The notes: generated from the sequence alone by a model not told the origin. 64,000 nt of DNA from Elusimicrobiota bacterium (GCA_041694815.1 JBGFSC010000025.1:1-64000), one strand, 5' to 3'; positions 8,829-19,708 are shown, numbered from the stretch's first letter. Made by a program: numbers and translations.

Positions 8829-11800
8829 TTGGCGAGCTCGACCGTTCGACGTCTCCGCTGGCTGGGCCTGTGCCTGTTTCTATGCGCGCCCGCGCGCGAA
8901 CGGGCGCTGGCCCAATTCTCGACCCCCTACGACCCGGATTTCCCGACCCCCGAGGAGCGCCCACGGCCCGAGGCGAAACCCGCCTTGCCCGTCTACGACG
9001 AGGGGGCCGAAGAGGCGCCCGCCCCCACCCTCCTCCTGCCCAAAACCCTCGGGCCGTTCCTCCTCCTCGATCGTCCCGACGCCTCGCGCCTCTTCGAGCG
9101 CGAGGTCTCGACCCGGCCGGCGGACCTTGCGCAGACGCTCGCGAAGCTAAAGGCCTTCCAGGTCAGCCAGGAGCGCTGGAACAAAATGCGCATCGACCGA
9201 GAATTGGGGCTGTTGCCGAGCGAGTTCGAGGAGGAGATCGCCCCGCTGCCCCCGAGCGAGATATTCGTCTCCACCGACCACCCCAAGCCCCCGCCGCCCG
9301 AAGTCGAGTTGCCCAGCTACGGCACCAGCCTCGCCATCACGGGCCGCAAAGTGGTCGGTTTTGCCTTCAGCGAGAAGCGCTTTCTCAACGAACAAACCAC
9401 CACGGGGCGGCCCAAGAGCCTCAACCTCATCGACATCACCCAACAGCTGCAGCTGCGCATGCAGGGAAAGGTAGGCCCCAAGATCACCGTCAACGTCGAC
9501 TACGATGACACCAAGATCAACAAGCAGGACATCTCCGTCGTCTACACCGGAGACCCCAACGAGGTGGTCCAAAACGCCTCCTTCGGCGATATCGACCTAT
9601 CGTTGCCGGCCACCGAGTTCGTCAGCTATAACAAGCAGCTCTTCGGCATACGGGCGGACATCAAGTGGAAGGGGCTCAAGAGCAGCTTCATCGGCAGCCG
9701 TACGAAGGGAACGACCAAGTCCAAGCAATTCATCGGCAATTCCCAATTCGTCTCCACCGACATCCTCGATACCAACTACATCCGACGCGTCTATTACGAC
9801 GTAGCTTTCGGCGATCCCACGCGGCTGCCAATCCGCGCCGGGACCGAGCGGGTGTACCTCGCTCAGAACGACCCCAAGGCCGTCAATACGAACTCCCTAA
9901 CCTTGAGCGCAGACGACCTCGGGGTGCCCACCTCCAGCTTCACGGGGACCTTCACCCAACTGGCGCCGGGCCAGGATTACACGATCGACTATATTCGCGG
10001 CATCGTGACCTTCCGCCTAGCCGTGCAGCCGCAATTCGTCGTCGCCATCGACTATATCGACGCGACGGGGGCCCCACTCTCCCAGCAGACATCCTCCGCG
10101 AAGTCCGGGGGGACCGGGCTGGCCAAGCTCATCAAGACCTTCGGGGACGTCCCCATCGTCTCCTCGACCACCGAGCAGGGCTACAACCGGGAACTCAAGA
10201 CCTTCTATTCGCTGGGGCAGAACCAGGTGATCCGCGACAACGGCCGCGGAAACTTCATCCTGAAGGTGCTCGACCCCAAGCGCAACGAGGTAGGGCCCGA
10301 CCTCGTGCCGGCGCAGAAATACCCCGACACGATCGAGGTGGACTTCGAGAACGGCCTCTTCCGGCTCCAACAGCCCTTCGGCCTTAGCGTCTCCTCGCCG
10401 ATCCCGGACCCCGACATCTACGCGCCCAATCCGATCTCCAAGAGGCTCATCCACGCCGAGTTCTCTTTCCGGGTGAGGACCTTCTTCCTAGAGCCCAACC
10501 TGGTACTCCAGTCGGAGGTAGCGCTCATCGACGGGGTGCGCCTGGTCCGCAACGTGGATTACTTCATCGACTACGATTCCGGCTTCATCACCTTCTTCAA
10601 CGACGAGCGCATCAGGCCGCAATCGATCATCGACATCAGCTACGAGGTAGCCCCCTTCACCGGAGTGACGACCGAGAGCATCCTGGGCGGGCGCGTCTCG
10701 TACGATTTCGGCTCCCACTGGTCGGTGGGCTCCACCGTGCTCTACCAGGCGGGCTCCAAGCCGCCCACGGTTCCCAGCGTCAACGACCTAGCCAAGAGCC
10801 TGCTCATCTACGAGGGCGACAGCCAGCTCAAGGACCTGCGCCTGCTCAAATGGCTCAAGGCCACCTTCCAGGTCGAATACGCGCGCAGCCATGAGGACCC
10901 CAACCTCTCGCGCTACGCGTTGATCGACAACATGGAGGGCATCAAGCAGACCGACGTAGCCTCGACCTTCGCGACGAATTGGCAGATCGCCGCCAACCCG
11001 ACGCAGGGTCCCGCCGACCCCCTGGCCTTGAACTGGATCACCGAGGACGTCACTACCCTGCAGATTAATCCGAACGCCCAGGCCACTCCCTCGGACAACA
11101 CGAAGGTGCTCAACTTCCAGTACGACTTCAACGTCAGCGCCTCGACCGAGGTGTCCTTGGTCTACGTCTTCTCCCCCACGGGGCTGGACTTCTCGCAGAA
11201 GCAGCTACTGGAGGTCATCATGCTCGGTGATGCCTCCAACAACGAAATCAACTTTACCCTCGGGGGCATCGATGAGAACGCCGACGGCACCGGTGCCTTC
11301 CGCACCGAGGACGCCAACAACGATGGCATCCTGCAGGCCACCGAGGACATTGGCTTCCTCTACGCGCCCCTCGGGAAGAACTCCAGGCGGTACGGGGCGG
11401 GCAACGGACGCATCGACAGCGCAGACCTCAACAAGAACGGGCGCATCGACCCGGCCGACACCTCGGGCGACAGCTACGGCTACAATTTCTCCGCCCTGAC
11501 CCCCGTGCACGCCAACCTCTTCGATACGACGACCAACTCGACGCGCACGGTCATCGACTTCGGAGGCACCACCTGGCATACGTTCCAGATCCCGCTCAAC
11601 ATCTCCAGCGCCACGGCGACGCGCTGGACGGCCATCAAGGAGCTGCGCATTTCGATCCGCCGGCGTCCCGGGGGCGCGGCCAGCGGCGTGCTCAAATTCG
11701 CCCGCCTGGCCGTCGTGGGGAACTCATGGCAGCGCGGCCAGGCCGGCGACCCGTTCACCGGTGCGGGGGCCAAGGGCAATGAATCCCTCTCGGTGACCGC

Positions 11801-14318
11801 CGTCAACAACGTCGACAACACGAATTACGTGCCGATCTACAATTACGGCGGCGACGCGCAGTCGACCTTCAACGATCTCTACGGCTCCCTGGGCAATCTG
11901 CAGCAGCAGAGCAACTCGAAGAATGTCCAGGAACAGTCCCTCCAACTGCTCTGGGGCGAATTGGCCGCAGGCACCACCGTGTTCACGAAAAGGGTCTTCC
12001 CCCGTTCGATCAACATCAGCCAGCACCGCAAGTTCAACTTCCTCCTCTACGGCAACGCCGATCCCAACAACGTCGACACGACCGGCAACCGCGTCTTCTT
12101 CCTGCGGGTCGGCTCCGACGCGAATTTCTTCGAGGTACGCATCCCCATCGACTTCGTCGGCTGGCGGCGCTTCACCATTGACCAGATCGACACCACCGGA
12201 GGCCAGATCGCAACGGGCTGGACGATCGGGGACCACGCCACGCCACGTACCGTCGTCTTCTCCACCGGGGCGCCGAACCTCCAGCAGGTGGGCTCTCTCA
12301 TCGCCGGCCTCTACACCGGCGCCGGGGTTCCCACCAAGGGCGCGGTGTTTTTGAATGAGATCTACCTCGCCGACCCCATCACCCGCATCGGCACGGCGCA
12401 GAAGATACAGCTGGACTTCGATGTGCCCGGCTGGATGAGCTTCGGAGGCAAATACCGCTCCGTCGACCGCAACTACATGACGCCGACCACCGTCATCTCC
12501 AACCAGGACAACCGGCAGGATACCGCCTACCTCAATTTCGTGCGGCTGCCCTTCTTCCCGATGAATTTCACCGTCGCCCGGCAGATCATCCAGACGCCCA
12601 ACGTCGCGCAGACGGGCGATCTCTCCAACCTGGTCAACCTGCTCCAGTCGGGCAAGGTGACCACCTGGAACGGCACGGCCAACGGGGCCTTCGCCTACGG
12701 CGCCTACCCCCGCTTGAGCGTCGGCTACGTACGCGCCAGGACCGAATACGACCTGCTCACGCGCCTCGACGACCGCAACACCTACAACAGCGCGCTCAGC
12801 TACGCCGTGCCTCTCAACAACCGCTTCGTGCCCAAGACGCTCGATACCAATTTCAGCTGGAGCAAGTACTCCGTCTCCTTCGAGAACCTGGCCGTGCGCC
12901 GCTTCCCCGGCAACTTCAACACCGACGAATTCACGACGACCTACGGCGCCCGCCTGACCTTCACCCCATGGCTGGGGTCCTCCTTCAACCCCAATTTCAG
13001 CCGCACCCAAGTGAAGGAAAGCCGAAGCGACCTGACCACGGGGCCGGAGATCATCCTGCATTACCCCAAATCGATGAACCAGACGGTCGGGTTCTCGTCC
13101 AATTTCCGCTTCCTTTCGTGGTTCAATCCTTCCGTCAATTACACGCTCAACACCATCGAGAATAACGTGCTCACGCCATCGACGTTCATCGTCACCGGCT
13201 CCACCTTCAATTTCAACGTCGGCGACATCAAGACCATCAACCGCTCCGCCACGGGCGGGGTCAGCCTGCTGCTCAACATCTCCGAGATTTGGCGGACGAC
13301 GCGACTATTTAGGTCCTTTAGCCTCGCCAACGGATATCAGCTGCAGGACGGCGACGTCTGGAACAACATCGAGAAGGAATACTCCTCGAAAACCGATTTC
13401 TGGATCCGCACCCCCTTGAGGCCCCGTAACCGCGTGGCGACCCGCGCCACGCTGACCGAACGGGATACCTTCAATTCGACCCAGCGTTGGTCCCCCTTGG
13501 AGGCCTACGACATCCCGGGCCGCCCGGCCGCCTTCAAGACCTTGTCCTTGAGCAACAATTTCCTCAAGAGCATCCAGCGCACGGAGGTGACCGGCACGCC
13601 CTCGAAGACGATCGCGACGACGCTGCCCGACGTCGTGGCCTCCCTGTCCCAGGTCGAGCGCCTGCTCTGGTCCGAGCGCTGGATGGCCAACGGCCAGATC
13701 AACCTCAAGTACGCCCGCAGGACCACCGAGGTGGTCGCCACCAGCTTCTCCGAAGACGATTCGATGGGCGCCGACATGCGCGCCATTATCCGCAGGCGCT
13801 TCGACACCGCCTTCACCTTCAACATCCGCAACTCACAGAACAAGGATTTGCGCCTCGGCCTCGTCACGCAGCAGACCCACCACGAGGACGCGACCTTACA
13901 GACCACCTTCGATATCGGGCACGTGCGCTTTACACCCAAGACGGATTACAGTTTGGACACCGCCCGGCAGGGTACGGGGGTGCAGACGCAGCACCTGACG
14001 GTGATCACGCCCAGCATCCTGGCGCGGGCCGACCTGTCGTTGCCCCGAGGGCTCATGATGCCTTTCACGAACCGCACGCTGCTGTTTACCAACCGCATCA
14101 TCTGGACCAGCACGATCGCGATGGCGCTGCGCTCCTCGCCCGTGACGCAGGCCGACAACTCGAAGCTGCTCAATTTCAACACCAGCGCCGATTACGAGAT
14201 CGCCAAGAACCTGCGCATGACGCTCAACGGGGCCTTCTCGAGGCTATGGCACCGCTTCCTCAAGGAGGAGGACTTCATCTCCTATCAGTTCGGAACCACC
14301 CTGACGTTTCAATTCTGA
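8829..14318 (+). CDS. sprA: SprA/Sov-like large outer-membrane beta-barrel (T9SS translocon-like), 1829 aa
   Basis: Signal peptide; segment QLRMQGKVGPKITVNVDYDD..VVYTGDPNEVVQNASFGDIDLSLP..LFGI matching the SprA N-terminal pattern; DYTIDY/DYFIDY repeats; alternating beta-strands; terminal TLTFQF beta-signal. Confidence 0.8.
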   Translation: MASSTVRRLRWLGLCLFLCAPARERALAQFSTPYDPDFPTPEERPRPEAKPALPVYDEGAEEAPAPTLLLPKTLGPFLLLDRPDASRLFEREVSTRPADLAQTLAKLKAFQVSQERWNKMRIDRELGLLPSEFEEEIAPLPPSEIFVSTDHPKPPPPEVELPSYGTSLAITGRKVVGFAFSEKRFLNEQTTTGRPKSLNLIDITQQLQLRMQGKVGPKITVNVDYDDTKINKQDISVVYTGDPNEVVQNASFGDIDLSLPATEFVSYNKQLFGIRADIKWKGLKSSFIGSRTKGTTKSKQFIGNSQFVSTDILDTNYIRRVYYDVAFGDPTRLPIRAGTERVYLAQNDPKAVNTNSLTLSADDLGVPTSSFTGTFTQLAPGQDYTIDYIRGIVTFRLAVQPQFVVAIDYIDATGAPLSQQTSSAKSGGTGLAKLIKTFGDVPIVSSTTEQGYNRELKTFYSLGQNQVIRDNGRGNFILKVLDPKRNEVGPDLVPAQKYPDTIEVDFENGLFRLQQPFGLSVSSPIPDPDIYAPNPISKRLIHAEFSFRVRTFFLEPNLVLQSEVALIDGVRLVRNVDYFIDYDSGFITFFNDERIRPQSIIDISYEVAPFTGVTTESILGGRVSYDFGSHWSVGSTVLYQAGSKPPTVPSVNDLAKSLLIYEGDSQLKDLRLLKWLKATFQVEYARSHEDPNLSRYALIDNMEGIKQTDVASTFATNWQIAANPTQGPADPLALNWITEDVTTLQINPNAQATPSDNTKVLNFQYDFNVSASTEVSLVYVFSPTGLDFSQKQLLEVIMLGDASNNEINFTLGGIDENADGTGAFRTEDANNDGILQATEDIGFLYAPLGKNSRRYGAGNGRIDSADLNKNGRIDPADTSGDSYGYNFSALTPVHANLFDTTTNSTRTVIDFGGTTWHTFQIPLNISSATATRWTAIKELRISIRRRPGGAASGVLKFARLAVVGNSWQRGQAGDPFTGAGAKGNESLSVTAVNNVDNTNYVPIYNYGGDAQSTFNDLYGSLGNLQQQSNSKNVQEQSLQLLWGELAAGTTVFTKRVFPRSINISQHRKFNFLLYGNADPNNVDTTGNRVFFLRVGSDANFFEVRIPIDFVGWRRFTIDQIDTTGGQIATGWTIGDHATPRTVVFSTGAPNLQQVGSLIAGLYTGAGVPTKGAVFLNEIYLADPITRIGTAQKIQLDFDVPGWMSFGGKYRSVDRNYMTPTTVISNQDNRQDTAYLNFVRLPFFPMNFTVARQIIQTPNVAQTGDLSNLVNLLQSGKVTTWNGTANGAFAYGAYPRLSVGYVRARTEYDLLTRLDDRNTYNSALSYAVPLNNRFVPKTLDTNFSWSKYSVSFENLAVRRFPGNFNTDEFTTTYGARLTFTPWLGSSFNPNFSRTQVKESRSDLTTGPEIILHYPKSMNQTVGFSSNFRFLSWFNPSVNYTLNTIENNVLTPSTFIVTGSTFNFNVGDIKTINRSATGGVSLLLNISEIWRTTRLFRSFSLANGYQLQDGDVWNNIEKEYSSKTDFWIRTPLRPRNRVATRATLTERDTFNSTQRWSPLEAYDIPGRPAAFKTLSLSNNFLKSIQRTEVTGTPSKTIATTLPDVVASLSQVERLLWSERWMANGQINLKYARRTTEVVATSFSEDDSMGADMRAIIRRRFDTAFTFNIRNSQNKDLRLGLVTQQTHHEDATLQTTFDIGHVRFTPKTDYSLDTARQGTGVQTQHLTVITPSILARADLSLPRGLMMPFTNRTLLFTNRIIWTSTIAMALRSSPVTQADNSKLLNFNTSADYEIAKNLRMTLNGAFSRLWHRFLKEEDFISYQFGTTLTFQF

Positions 14319-14357
14319 TGCTGAAACCCCGAGCCACGCGCCCAAAGCGCGGAACGA

Positions 14358-14407
14358 CGGTGCCAGGGATTGACTTTCGCCTAGGCGAAAGTCAATCCCT
14401 GGCACCG
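14358..14407. repeat. Perfect 50-bp palindrome, copy 2
   Basis: Inner 48 bp identical to copy 1; outer pair is C..G instead of T..A. Confidence 0.97.
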
Positions 14408-14452
14408 CCAAAAAACAATGGAACTATTTCCCCGAAAACTCGTACTTGTATC

Positions 14453-15097
14453 ATGCGCTCCTGGCGGCGAGTCGCTCTCGATTGGATCGCCCCCCGGAGC
14501 TGCGCGGATTGCCGCATGGATCTCCCGCCTCCGCTGCAGGGGCCGCTCTGCGGCGCCTGCCTGCGCGCCCTAAGGCCTTGGGAGGGAACGATTGAAGCGA
14601 CCCCCTCGCTGCTCGGCGTCCAGGCGGCGTTCGCCTATAAGCGACCCCTGTCCCAACTCCTGTTCGCCTTCAAATACCGCGGCCGCCTCCAGGCGGGCGG
14701 GGCCTTGGCGGCCTGGATGGCCGGCACGTATCGCCAAAAGCCCGAGCTCCATGGGGCCGACTGCGTCGTGCCGGTGCCGCTGCACCCGCGCCGCCTTCGC
14801 GAACGCGGATTCAACCAGGCGGAGATACTGGCGGAGTCGGTCGCCCGGGCCGCGGGAGCCCCCCTACGGCGGGACTTGCGGCGGGTCCGCAATACCGCCC
14901 CGCAATGGCGGCTAAACCGCGTCCAGCGCGCCGAGAACTTGCGCGGCGCCTTCGAGGCCCCCGCTCCGCTGCCCTACGCACGCGCGCTGCTCGTCGACGA
15001 CGTCTATACCTCCGGCGGGACCCTGGAGGACTGCGCCAGGGCGCTCAAAGCGGCGGGCGTTTCGGCCGTCAAGGCCTACGTGCTCGCGCGGGACTAA
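14453..15097 (+). CDS. comF: ComF family protein (zinc ribbon plus PRTase)
   Basis: CADC..CGAC, VPVPLH..RERGFNQ, LLVDDVYTSGGTL; start at ATG 14453. Confidence 0.9.
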   Translation: MRSWRRVALDWIAPRSCADCRMDLPPPLQGPLCGACLRALRPWEGTIEATPSLLGVQAAFAYKRPLSQLLFAFKYRGRLQAGGALAAWMAGTYRQKPELHGADCVVPVPLHPRRLRERGFNQAEILAESVARAAGAPLRRDLRRVRNTAPQWRLNRVQRAENLRGAFEAPAPLPYARALLVDDVYTSGGTLEDCARALKAAGVSAVKAYVLARD

Positions 15098-16932
15098 CGG
15101 ATGCCTAGCAGCTTCTTCCACCAAGGCGAAGGGCGGGATGCGGCCGCCTTGGGGATGGGGACATCGGCCGGCGGGGTATGAAAGGGAAGGGTGAACAGGA
15201 AGCTCGAGCCGCGGCCCAGGTCGCTGACCACCCACATCTGGCCTTTTTGCATGTGGATGAGGGCCTTGGCGATCGCCAGGCCGAGCCCCGTGCCTCCCAC
15301 GTGCTTTTCGCCCGCGGCGATCTGGACGAATTTTTGGAATATCTTCTCTTGGTCCTCCTTGGCGATCCCGGGGCCGGTGTCGGTCACCGAGAACTGGACC
15401 AGGCGCTCGCGCGCCTTGGGTTCGAGCCGCACGGAGATCTTGCCCCCCTTGGGAGTGAACTTGATGGCGTTGGAAAGCAGGTTGACGAGCACCTGCACCG
15501 TCCGGCGGATATCGGCATGGATGGGCGGAAGGTTGGGCGGCGCGTCCAATGTGAGGGAGATACCCTTCTTCTGGGACCAGGGCTGAAGGCTTTCCACCGC
15601 CTCGCGCGCGATCCTTTCCGGGGCGACTGGCTCCGGGCGCACGCTCATCTGCCCCGATTCGATCTTGCCGAAATCCAGGATGTCGCGGATGAGGTCGGCC
15701 AGGCGGTCGGAGTTGCGCAGGGCGGTGTTGAACATGCGCTCGTCGTCGGGACTCAATTTGCCCTGGAACTGCCCCTGCAGGAGCTCGAGGGCGGCGCGGA
15801 TGGCCGACAAGGGGGCGCGCAGCTCATGCGTGACATGCGCCACGAATTCCCGCTCCACCCGGGCGAGCTCCTTCTGCTTCGTGATGTCGGGAAGCACGGA
15901 AACCAACCCGACCGTCTTGCCCGCCTCGTTTTGGACGACGGCGGCGGAGGCCCGCAAGGTGCGCTTGGTCTCGTCGGTGCTCATCACCGAGACTTCCTGG
16001 TTGATCGGTCGGTCCTGCGGGGCGTTGATCTCCGCGGCCAAAGCCATCAGATGCTCTTCCTTGACGTTGTCGGCCAGCGGCTTACCCGCCGCCTCGGCGA
16101 GCCGCTTGCCGTATATTTCCTCGGCCGCGGGATTCATCATCAGCACCTTGCCCTGCTCGTCGACGACGACGACGCCCTCGGCCATCTGCGTCAATACGGT
16201 CTGCGTACGTATCTGCTCGTTCTCGATCTGGGTTTTCTCGCGCCGGAGCCCCTCGGTGGCCTGCCGTACCTTGTCCTCGAGCTCCTGGCGAATCCTCTGC
16301 AGGACCAGCTCGGTCAGCCGGCCCTGGTCCTGCGGGTCGACAGCGGAGGCCTTGACCAGCGCGTCGATGGTCTGCTCCAGCGTGGCGTTCTCCAGGCGTT
16401 CCGCCAACTTCTGCGCCTCGCCCGACGGCGCCGCGGCGGCGGCCGGCCGCTCCGCGGGCAGCGGCGCCTCGGGCTGCTGCCCGACCTTAGCGTAAATCGC
16501 CTCGTTGAGGCTGATATGCGTCAGCTGCCGCTCGGCCAAGAAAGCGGCCGGGTCGACGGCCTTGGCCTGCTCGGGGCGCAGTGCCGCCATCTCGCAGAGC
16601 GCCGACAATTCCGATACGGGAAGCCCGGGCTTGAAGCTGACGCTGGAGAGGCGATGCCGTGTGAAGAACTGGGTGATGGAGCTCGGAAGCTGCGAGGAGG
16701 CCCCGACCACACGACCGTTGGCGATAAGCTTCTCCTGGTCGATCGAAAAGGCGAGCTCCGACTGGACCTGGGCCAACAACTGCTGGAGCAGGGCATGGGA
16801 CTGCTCGATCGTCGCCGCGACCGTGGGATGGCCGATCCGGTAGAGATTCATCTGGCTCAAGGCCTTGCCCAGGGCCTTCAAGGCCTCCAGGCAAAGAAAC
16901 TCGAACGACCCGGCGGCGGGGGAGGCGGCCAT
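15094..16932 (-). CDS. Cytoplasmic PAS-domain histidine kinase
   Basis: EGVVVVD..MNPAAE PAS; HELRAPL H-box; NLLSNAIKFT, DTGPGI, GTGLGL; no TM segment; N-terminal LYRIGHP helical domain. Confidence 0.92.
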   Translation of the reverse strand: MAASPAAGSFEFLCLEALKALGKALSQMNLYRIGHPTVAATIEQSHALLQQLLAQVQSELAFSIDQEKLIANGRVVGASSQLPSSITQFFTRHRLSSVSFKPGLPVSELSALCEMAALRPEQAKAVDPAAFLAERQLTHISLNEAIYAKVGQQPEAPLPAERPAAAAAPSGEAQKLAERLENATLEQTIDALVKASAVDPQDQGRLTELVLQRIRQELEDKVRQATEGLRREKTQIENEQIRTQTVLTQMAEGVVVVDEQGKVLMMNPAAEEIYGKRLAEAAGKPLADNVKEEHLMALAAEINAPQDRPINQEVSVMSTDETKRTLRASAAVVQNEAGKTVGLVSVLPDITKQKELARVEREFVAHVTHELRAPLSAIRAALELLQGQFQGKLSPDDERMFNTALRNSDRLADLIRDILDFGKIESGQMSVRPEPVAPERIAREAVESLQPWSQKKGISLTLDAPPNLPPIHADIRRTVQVLVNLLSNAIKFTPKGGKISVRLEPKARERLVQFSVTDTGPGIAKEDQEKIFQKFVQIAAGEKHVGGTGLGLAIAKALIHMQKGQMWVVSDLGRGSSFLFTLPFHTPPADVPIPKAAASRPSPWWKKLLGIR

Positions 16933-16934
16933 GA

Positions 16935-18245
16935 TCAGAGGCGGCTGAGCTTGGGGTTACGCACGCCGCCCAGGGCGTTGCGGGCGTCGAAGACGCGTTT
17001 GGAGGCGCGCAGCACGCCCGCGTAATCCACGCCGGAATGGGCGGTGAGCACGGCCACCACGTCGCTTCCCTTGAGCGCCGCCTTGGTGAGCGGCGTCGAG
17101 CGCAGCGTCTTCCCCGCAAGCTCCAGCCTCGGGACGAAGCGGTCGTGGTAGCGCACCCTAGCCCCGTCGCGCAGCAACAGGCTAATCACGTCCAAGGCCG
17201 GGGACTCGCGCACGTCCCGCACGTCGGGCTTGTAGGCGACACCCAGGACCAGCACGCGGCTGCCCTTGAGCGCGAGGCTGTCCTCGTTGAGCAGCCCCGA
17301 GATGCGGCGGACCGTGTATTCGGGCATCGAGGCGTTGATGACGCCCGCCAATTCGATGAAGCGAGGCTCGAAATTGAGGGATTTCATCTTCCACGCCAGG
17401 TAATGGGGATCGAGCGGTATGCAATGGCCCCCGATGCCGGGACCGGGAAAGAAGGGCATGTACCCGAACGGCTTGGTCGCGGCCGCCGATACGATCTCCC
17501 AGACGTCCAAGCCCAGCTTATCGCACATGAGGGCGATCTCGTTAACGAGGCCGATGTTGACAGCCCGGAAAGTGTTTTCCAGCAGCTTGACCATCTCGGC
17601 CGACTCGGCGCAGGAAACCGGCACCACCTTCTGGATGATCTGCGCGTATAACGCGGCGGCGCGTTCCGTACAGGCTGCGGTCAGCCCGCCTACCACCTTC
17701 GGGGTATTCGCGATGCGGTATTGGCGGTTGCCGGGGTCGACCCTCTCCGGCGAGAAGGCCAAGTAGAAATCGGAGCCCACCCTCATGCCCTTTTTCTCGA
17801 GCAAAGGAAGCATCAGCTCGCGAGTGGTGCCGGGGTAGGTCGTGCTCTCGAGCACGATGAGCTGTCCCTTCTTGAGCCGCGGGGCGATCTCGCGGGAGGC
17901 GGCGAGGATGTAGCTGACGTCGGGCTCCTTGCTCTTGCGCAGCGGGGTGGGCACGCAAATGACGACGGCGTCGAGGCCCTTGAGGGAATCGAAACGCCCT
18001 GTGGCCTTAAATAACCCCGAGCGCACCAGCCCCGCCAACTGCCCGGACGGCACATCCGCCACGTGGGAGACGCCCCGATTGAGTGAGCGTATGACGCCCT
18101 CGTCGACCTCGAAGCCGACGACCTCGAAGCCCTTTTCGGCGAACTCCACGGCGAGCGGCAGGCCGACGTAACCCAGCCCCAATATGCCGATCTTGGCGGT
18201 CTTATCCTCGATGCGGTCGAGCAAGGTGGGCATGAACTTTTTCAT
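16935..18245 (-). CDS. UDP-N-acetylhexosamine 6-dehydrogenase (WbpA/TviB/WecC family)
   Basis: GLGYVGLP, CVPTP, LESTTYPG, FSPERVDPG, KLLENTFRAVNI, GGHCIPLDP; start uncertain (18245 or 18233). Confidence 0.92.
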   Translation of the reverse strand: MKKFMPTLLDRIEDKTAKIGILGLGYVGLPLAVEFAEKGFEVVGFEVDEGVIRSLNRGVSHVADVPSGQLAGLVRSGLFKATGRFDSLKGLDAVVICVPTPLRKSKEPDVSYILAASREIAPRLKKGQLIVLESTTYPGTTRELMLPLLEKKGMRVGSDFYLAFSPERVDPGNRQYRIANTPKVVGGLTAACTERAAALYAQIIQKVVPVSCAESAEMVKLLENTFRAVNIGLVNEIALMCDKLGLDVWEIVSAAATKPFGYMPFFPGPGIGGHCIPLDPHYLAWKMKSLNFEPRFIELAGVINASMPEYTVRRISGLLNEDSLALKGSRVLVLGVAYKPDVRDVRESPALDVISLLLRDGARVRYHDRFVPRLELAGKTLRSTPLTKAALKGSDVVAVLTAHSGVDYAGVLRASKRVFDARNALGGVRNPKLSRL

Positions 18246-18305
18246 TGTATGTAACCCGCAGGAGCGCGTCAATAATTCCAATCGGCGCGTCGTTTGCGCC
18301 GAGTC

Positions 18306-18332
18306 CGGTCGGACCCCCACGGGGTCCGACCG
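18306..18332. repeat. REP-like intergenic inverted repeat (12-bp stem, 3-nt loop)
   Basis: CGGTCGGACCCC-CAC-GGGGTCCGACCG between divergent genes. Confidence 0.7.
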
Positions 18333-18350
18333 ATCCGTCGGGGGCCAACC

Positions 18351-18379
18351 TTGAATCCTCCTTTCATAAGTCCTATGAT
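18351..18379 (+). promoter_or_regulatory. Sigma70-type promoter of ugd
   Basis: TTGAAT-N17-TATGAT. Confidence 0.55.
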
Positions 18380-18397
18380 GCCGTTGTCGAAATTCTC

Positions 18398-19708
18398 ATG
18401 CAAAAACAAAACATTTGCGTCATCGGCAGCGGCTACGTCGGCCTGGTCACCGGTGCCTGCCTGGCCCATCTGGGGCACCGGGTCGTATGCGTCGATTCCG
18501 ACCGCAAGAAGATCGCCGACCTCAAAAAGGGGCGCAACCCGATCTACGAGCCGGGCTTAGGTGAGCTCTTGGCCGAGGGGCTGAGGAAGGGAAACCTGAG
18601 CTTCGCGACGAGCGTCTCCGAGGGGATGAGCCGCGGCGGCCGCGCCCAGGCCATCTTCATCGCGGTGGGCACCCCGCCGCGCCCCAACGGCTCGGCGGAT
18701 CTCTCTTTCGTGGAGTCGGTCGCCGAGGAGGTGGCCAAAAACCTGAAATCGTACGCGGTGATCGTCGACAAGTCGACGGTCCCAGTCGAGACGGGCGAAT
18801 GGGTGCAGAAGACGGTGCAGCGCTTCAACAAGTCCGGCACGCCCTTCGACGTCGCCTCGAACCCGGAATTCCTGAGCGAAGGCTCCGCGGTCCAGGACTT
18901 CCTGCAGCCGGACCGCATCATCCTGGGAGTCTCATCGACGCGGGCCGAGGCGGCGCTCCGCGCCGTCTACGCGCCGATCAAGGCGCCGATCCTGGTGACC
19001 GACGTCAAGAGCGCGGAGCTTATCAAGCACGCCTCCAACTCCTTCTTGGCGACTAAGATCTCCTTCATCAATGCGGTCAGCGTGCTTTGCGAGAAGACGG
19101 GCGCCGACGTCACCCGGGTGGCGGAGGGCATGGGCCTCGACCGGCGCATCGGCAAGTCCTTCCTGCGCGCCGGCATCGGCTTCGGGGGCTTCTGCTTTCC
19201 CAAAGACCTGGAGGCCTTCCATTGGATCGCCCAAAAGAAGGGCTACGATTTCAAATTGCTCGAGGCCGTGCGGGAGATCAACGAATACCAGAAGGACTGG
19301 GTATCCCGCAAGGTCGAAGAGGAGCTCTGGAACCTCGAGGGCAAGCGGGTCGCGGTGCTGGGGCTGTCGTTTAAGCCGCACACCGACGACCTGCGCTTCG
19401 CCCCGAGCCTCGAGATCATAGCCAAGCTCCAGGCGAGCAAGGTCTCCGTGACGGCCTACGACCCGGTGGCCATGCCTAAGGCCAAGCGCCTGCTCAAGGG
19501 CGTTCGCTTCGCCAAGGACGCCTATGACGCCGCCAAGGACGCCGACTGCCTCATCCTCGTTACCGAATGGCCCCAGTTTTCCGAGCTCGACCCGGCGCGG
19601 CTCAAAGCGATCATGAGGCATCCCATCCTGCTCGACGGGCGCAACCTGTTCAATCCCAAGAAATGGCGGGCGGAGGGCTTCACGTACCGCGGCGTGGGCC
19701 GCCCGTGA
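18398..19708 (+). CDS. ugd: UDP-glucose 6-dehydrogenase
   Basis: [49 protein letters not shown]. Confidence 0.93.
   Translation: MQKQNICVIGSGYVGLVTGACLAHLGHRVVCVDSDRKKIADLKKGRNPIYEPGLGELLAEGLRKGNLSFATSVSEGMSRGGRAQAIFIAVGTPPRPNGSADLSFVESVAEEVAKNLKSYAVIVDKSTVPVETGEWVQKTVQRFNKSGTPFDVASNPEFLSEGSAVQDFLQPDRIILGVSSTRAEAALRAVYAPIKAPILVTDVKSAELIKHASNSFLATKISFINAVSVLCEKTGADVTRVAEGMGLDRRIGKSFLRAGIGFGGFCFPKDLEAFHWIAQKKGYDFKLLEAVREINEYQKDWVSRKVEEELWNLEGKRVAVLGLSFKPHTDDLRFAPSLEIIAKLQASKVSVTAYDPVAMPKAKRLLKGVRFAKDAYDAAKDADCLILVTEWPQFSELDPARLKAIMRHPILLDGRNLFNPKKWRAEGFTYRGVGRP

Noticed and set aside
8611..9150. ORFs starting or ending in the palindrome (MVPGIDFRLGESQSLAP)
   Set aside because: Translation of the repeat itself, overlapping the promoter and sprA.
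13487..14452. 536-aa extended ComF
   Set aside because: The extension overlaps sprA out of frame and runs through the palindrome; ComF motifs begin after ATG 14453.
15178..17025. Long antisense ORFs (615 aa here; also 11724-13061, 19522-20649, 35139-36128, 60551-61594)
   Set aside because: Shadow frames of high-GC genes that have clear family motifs on the other strand.
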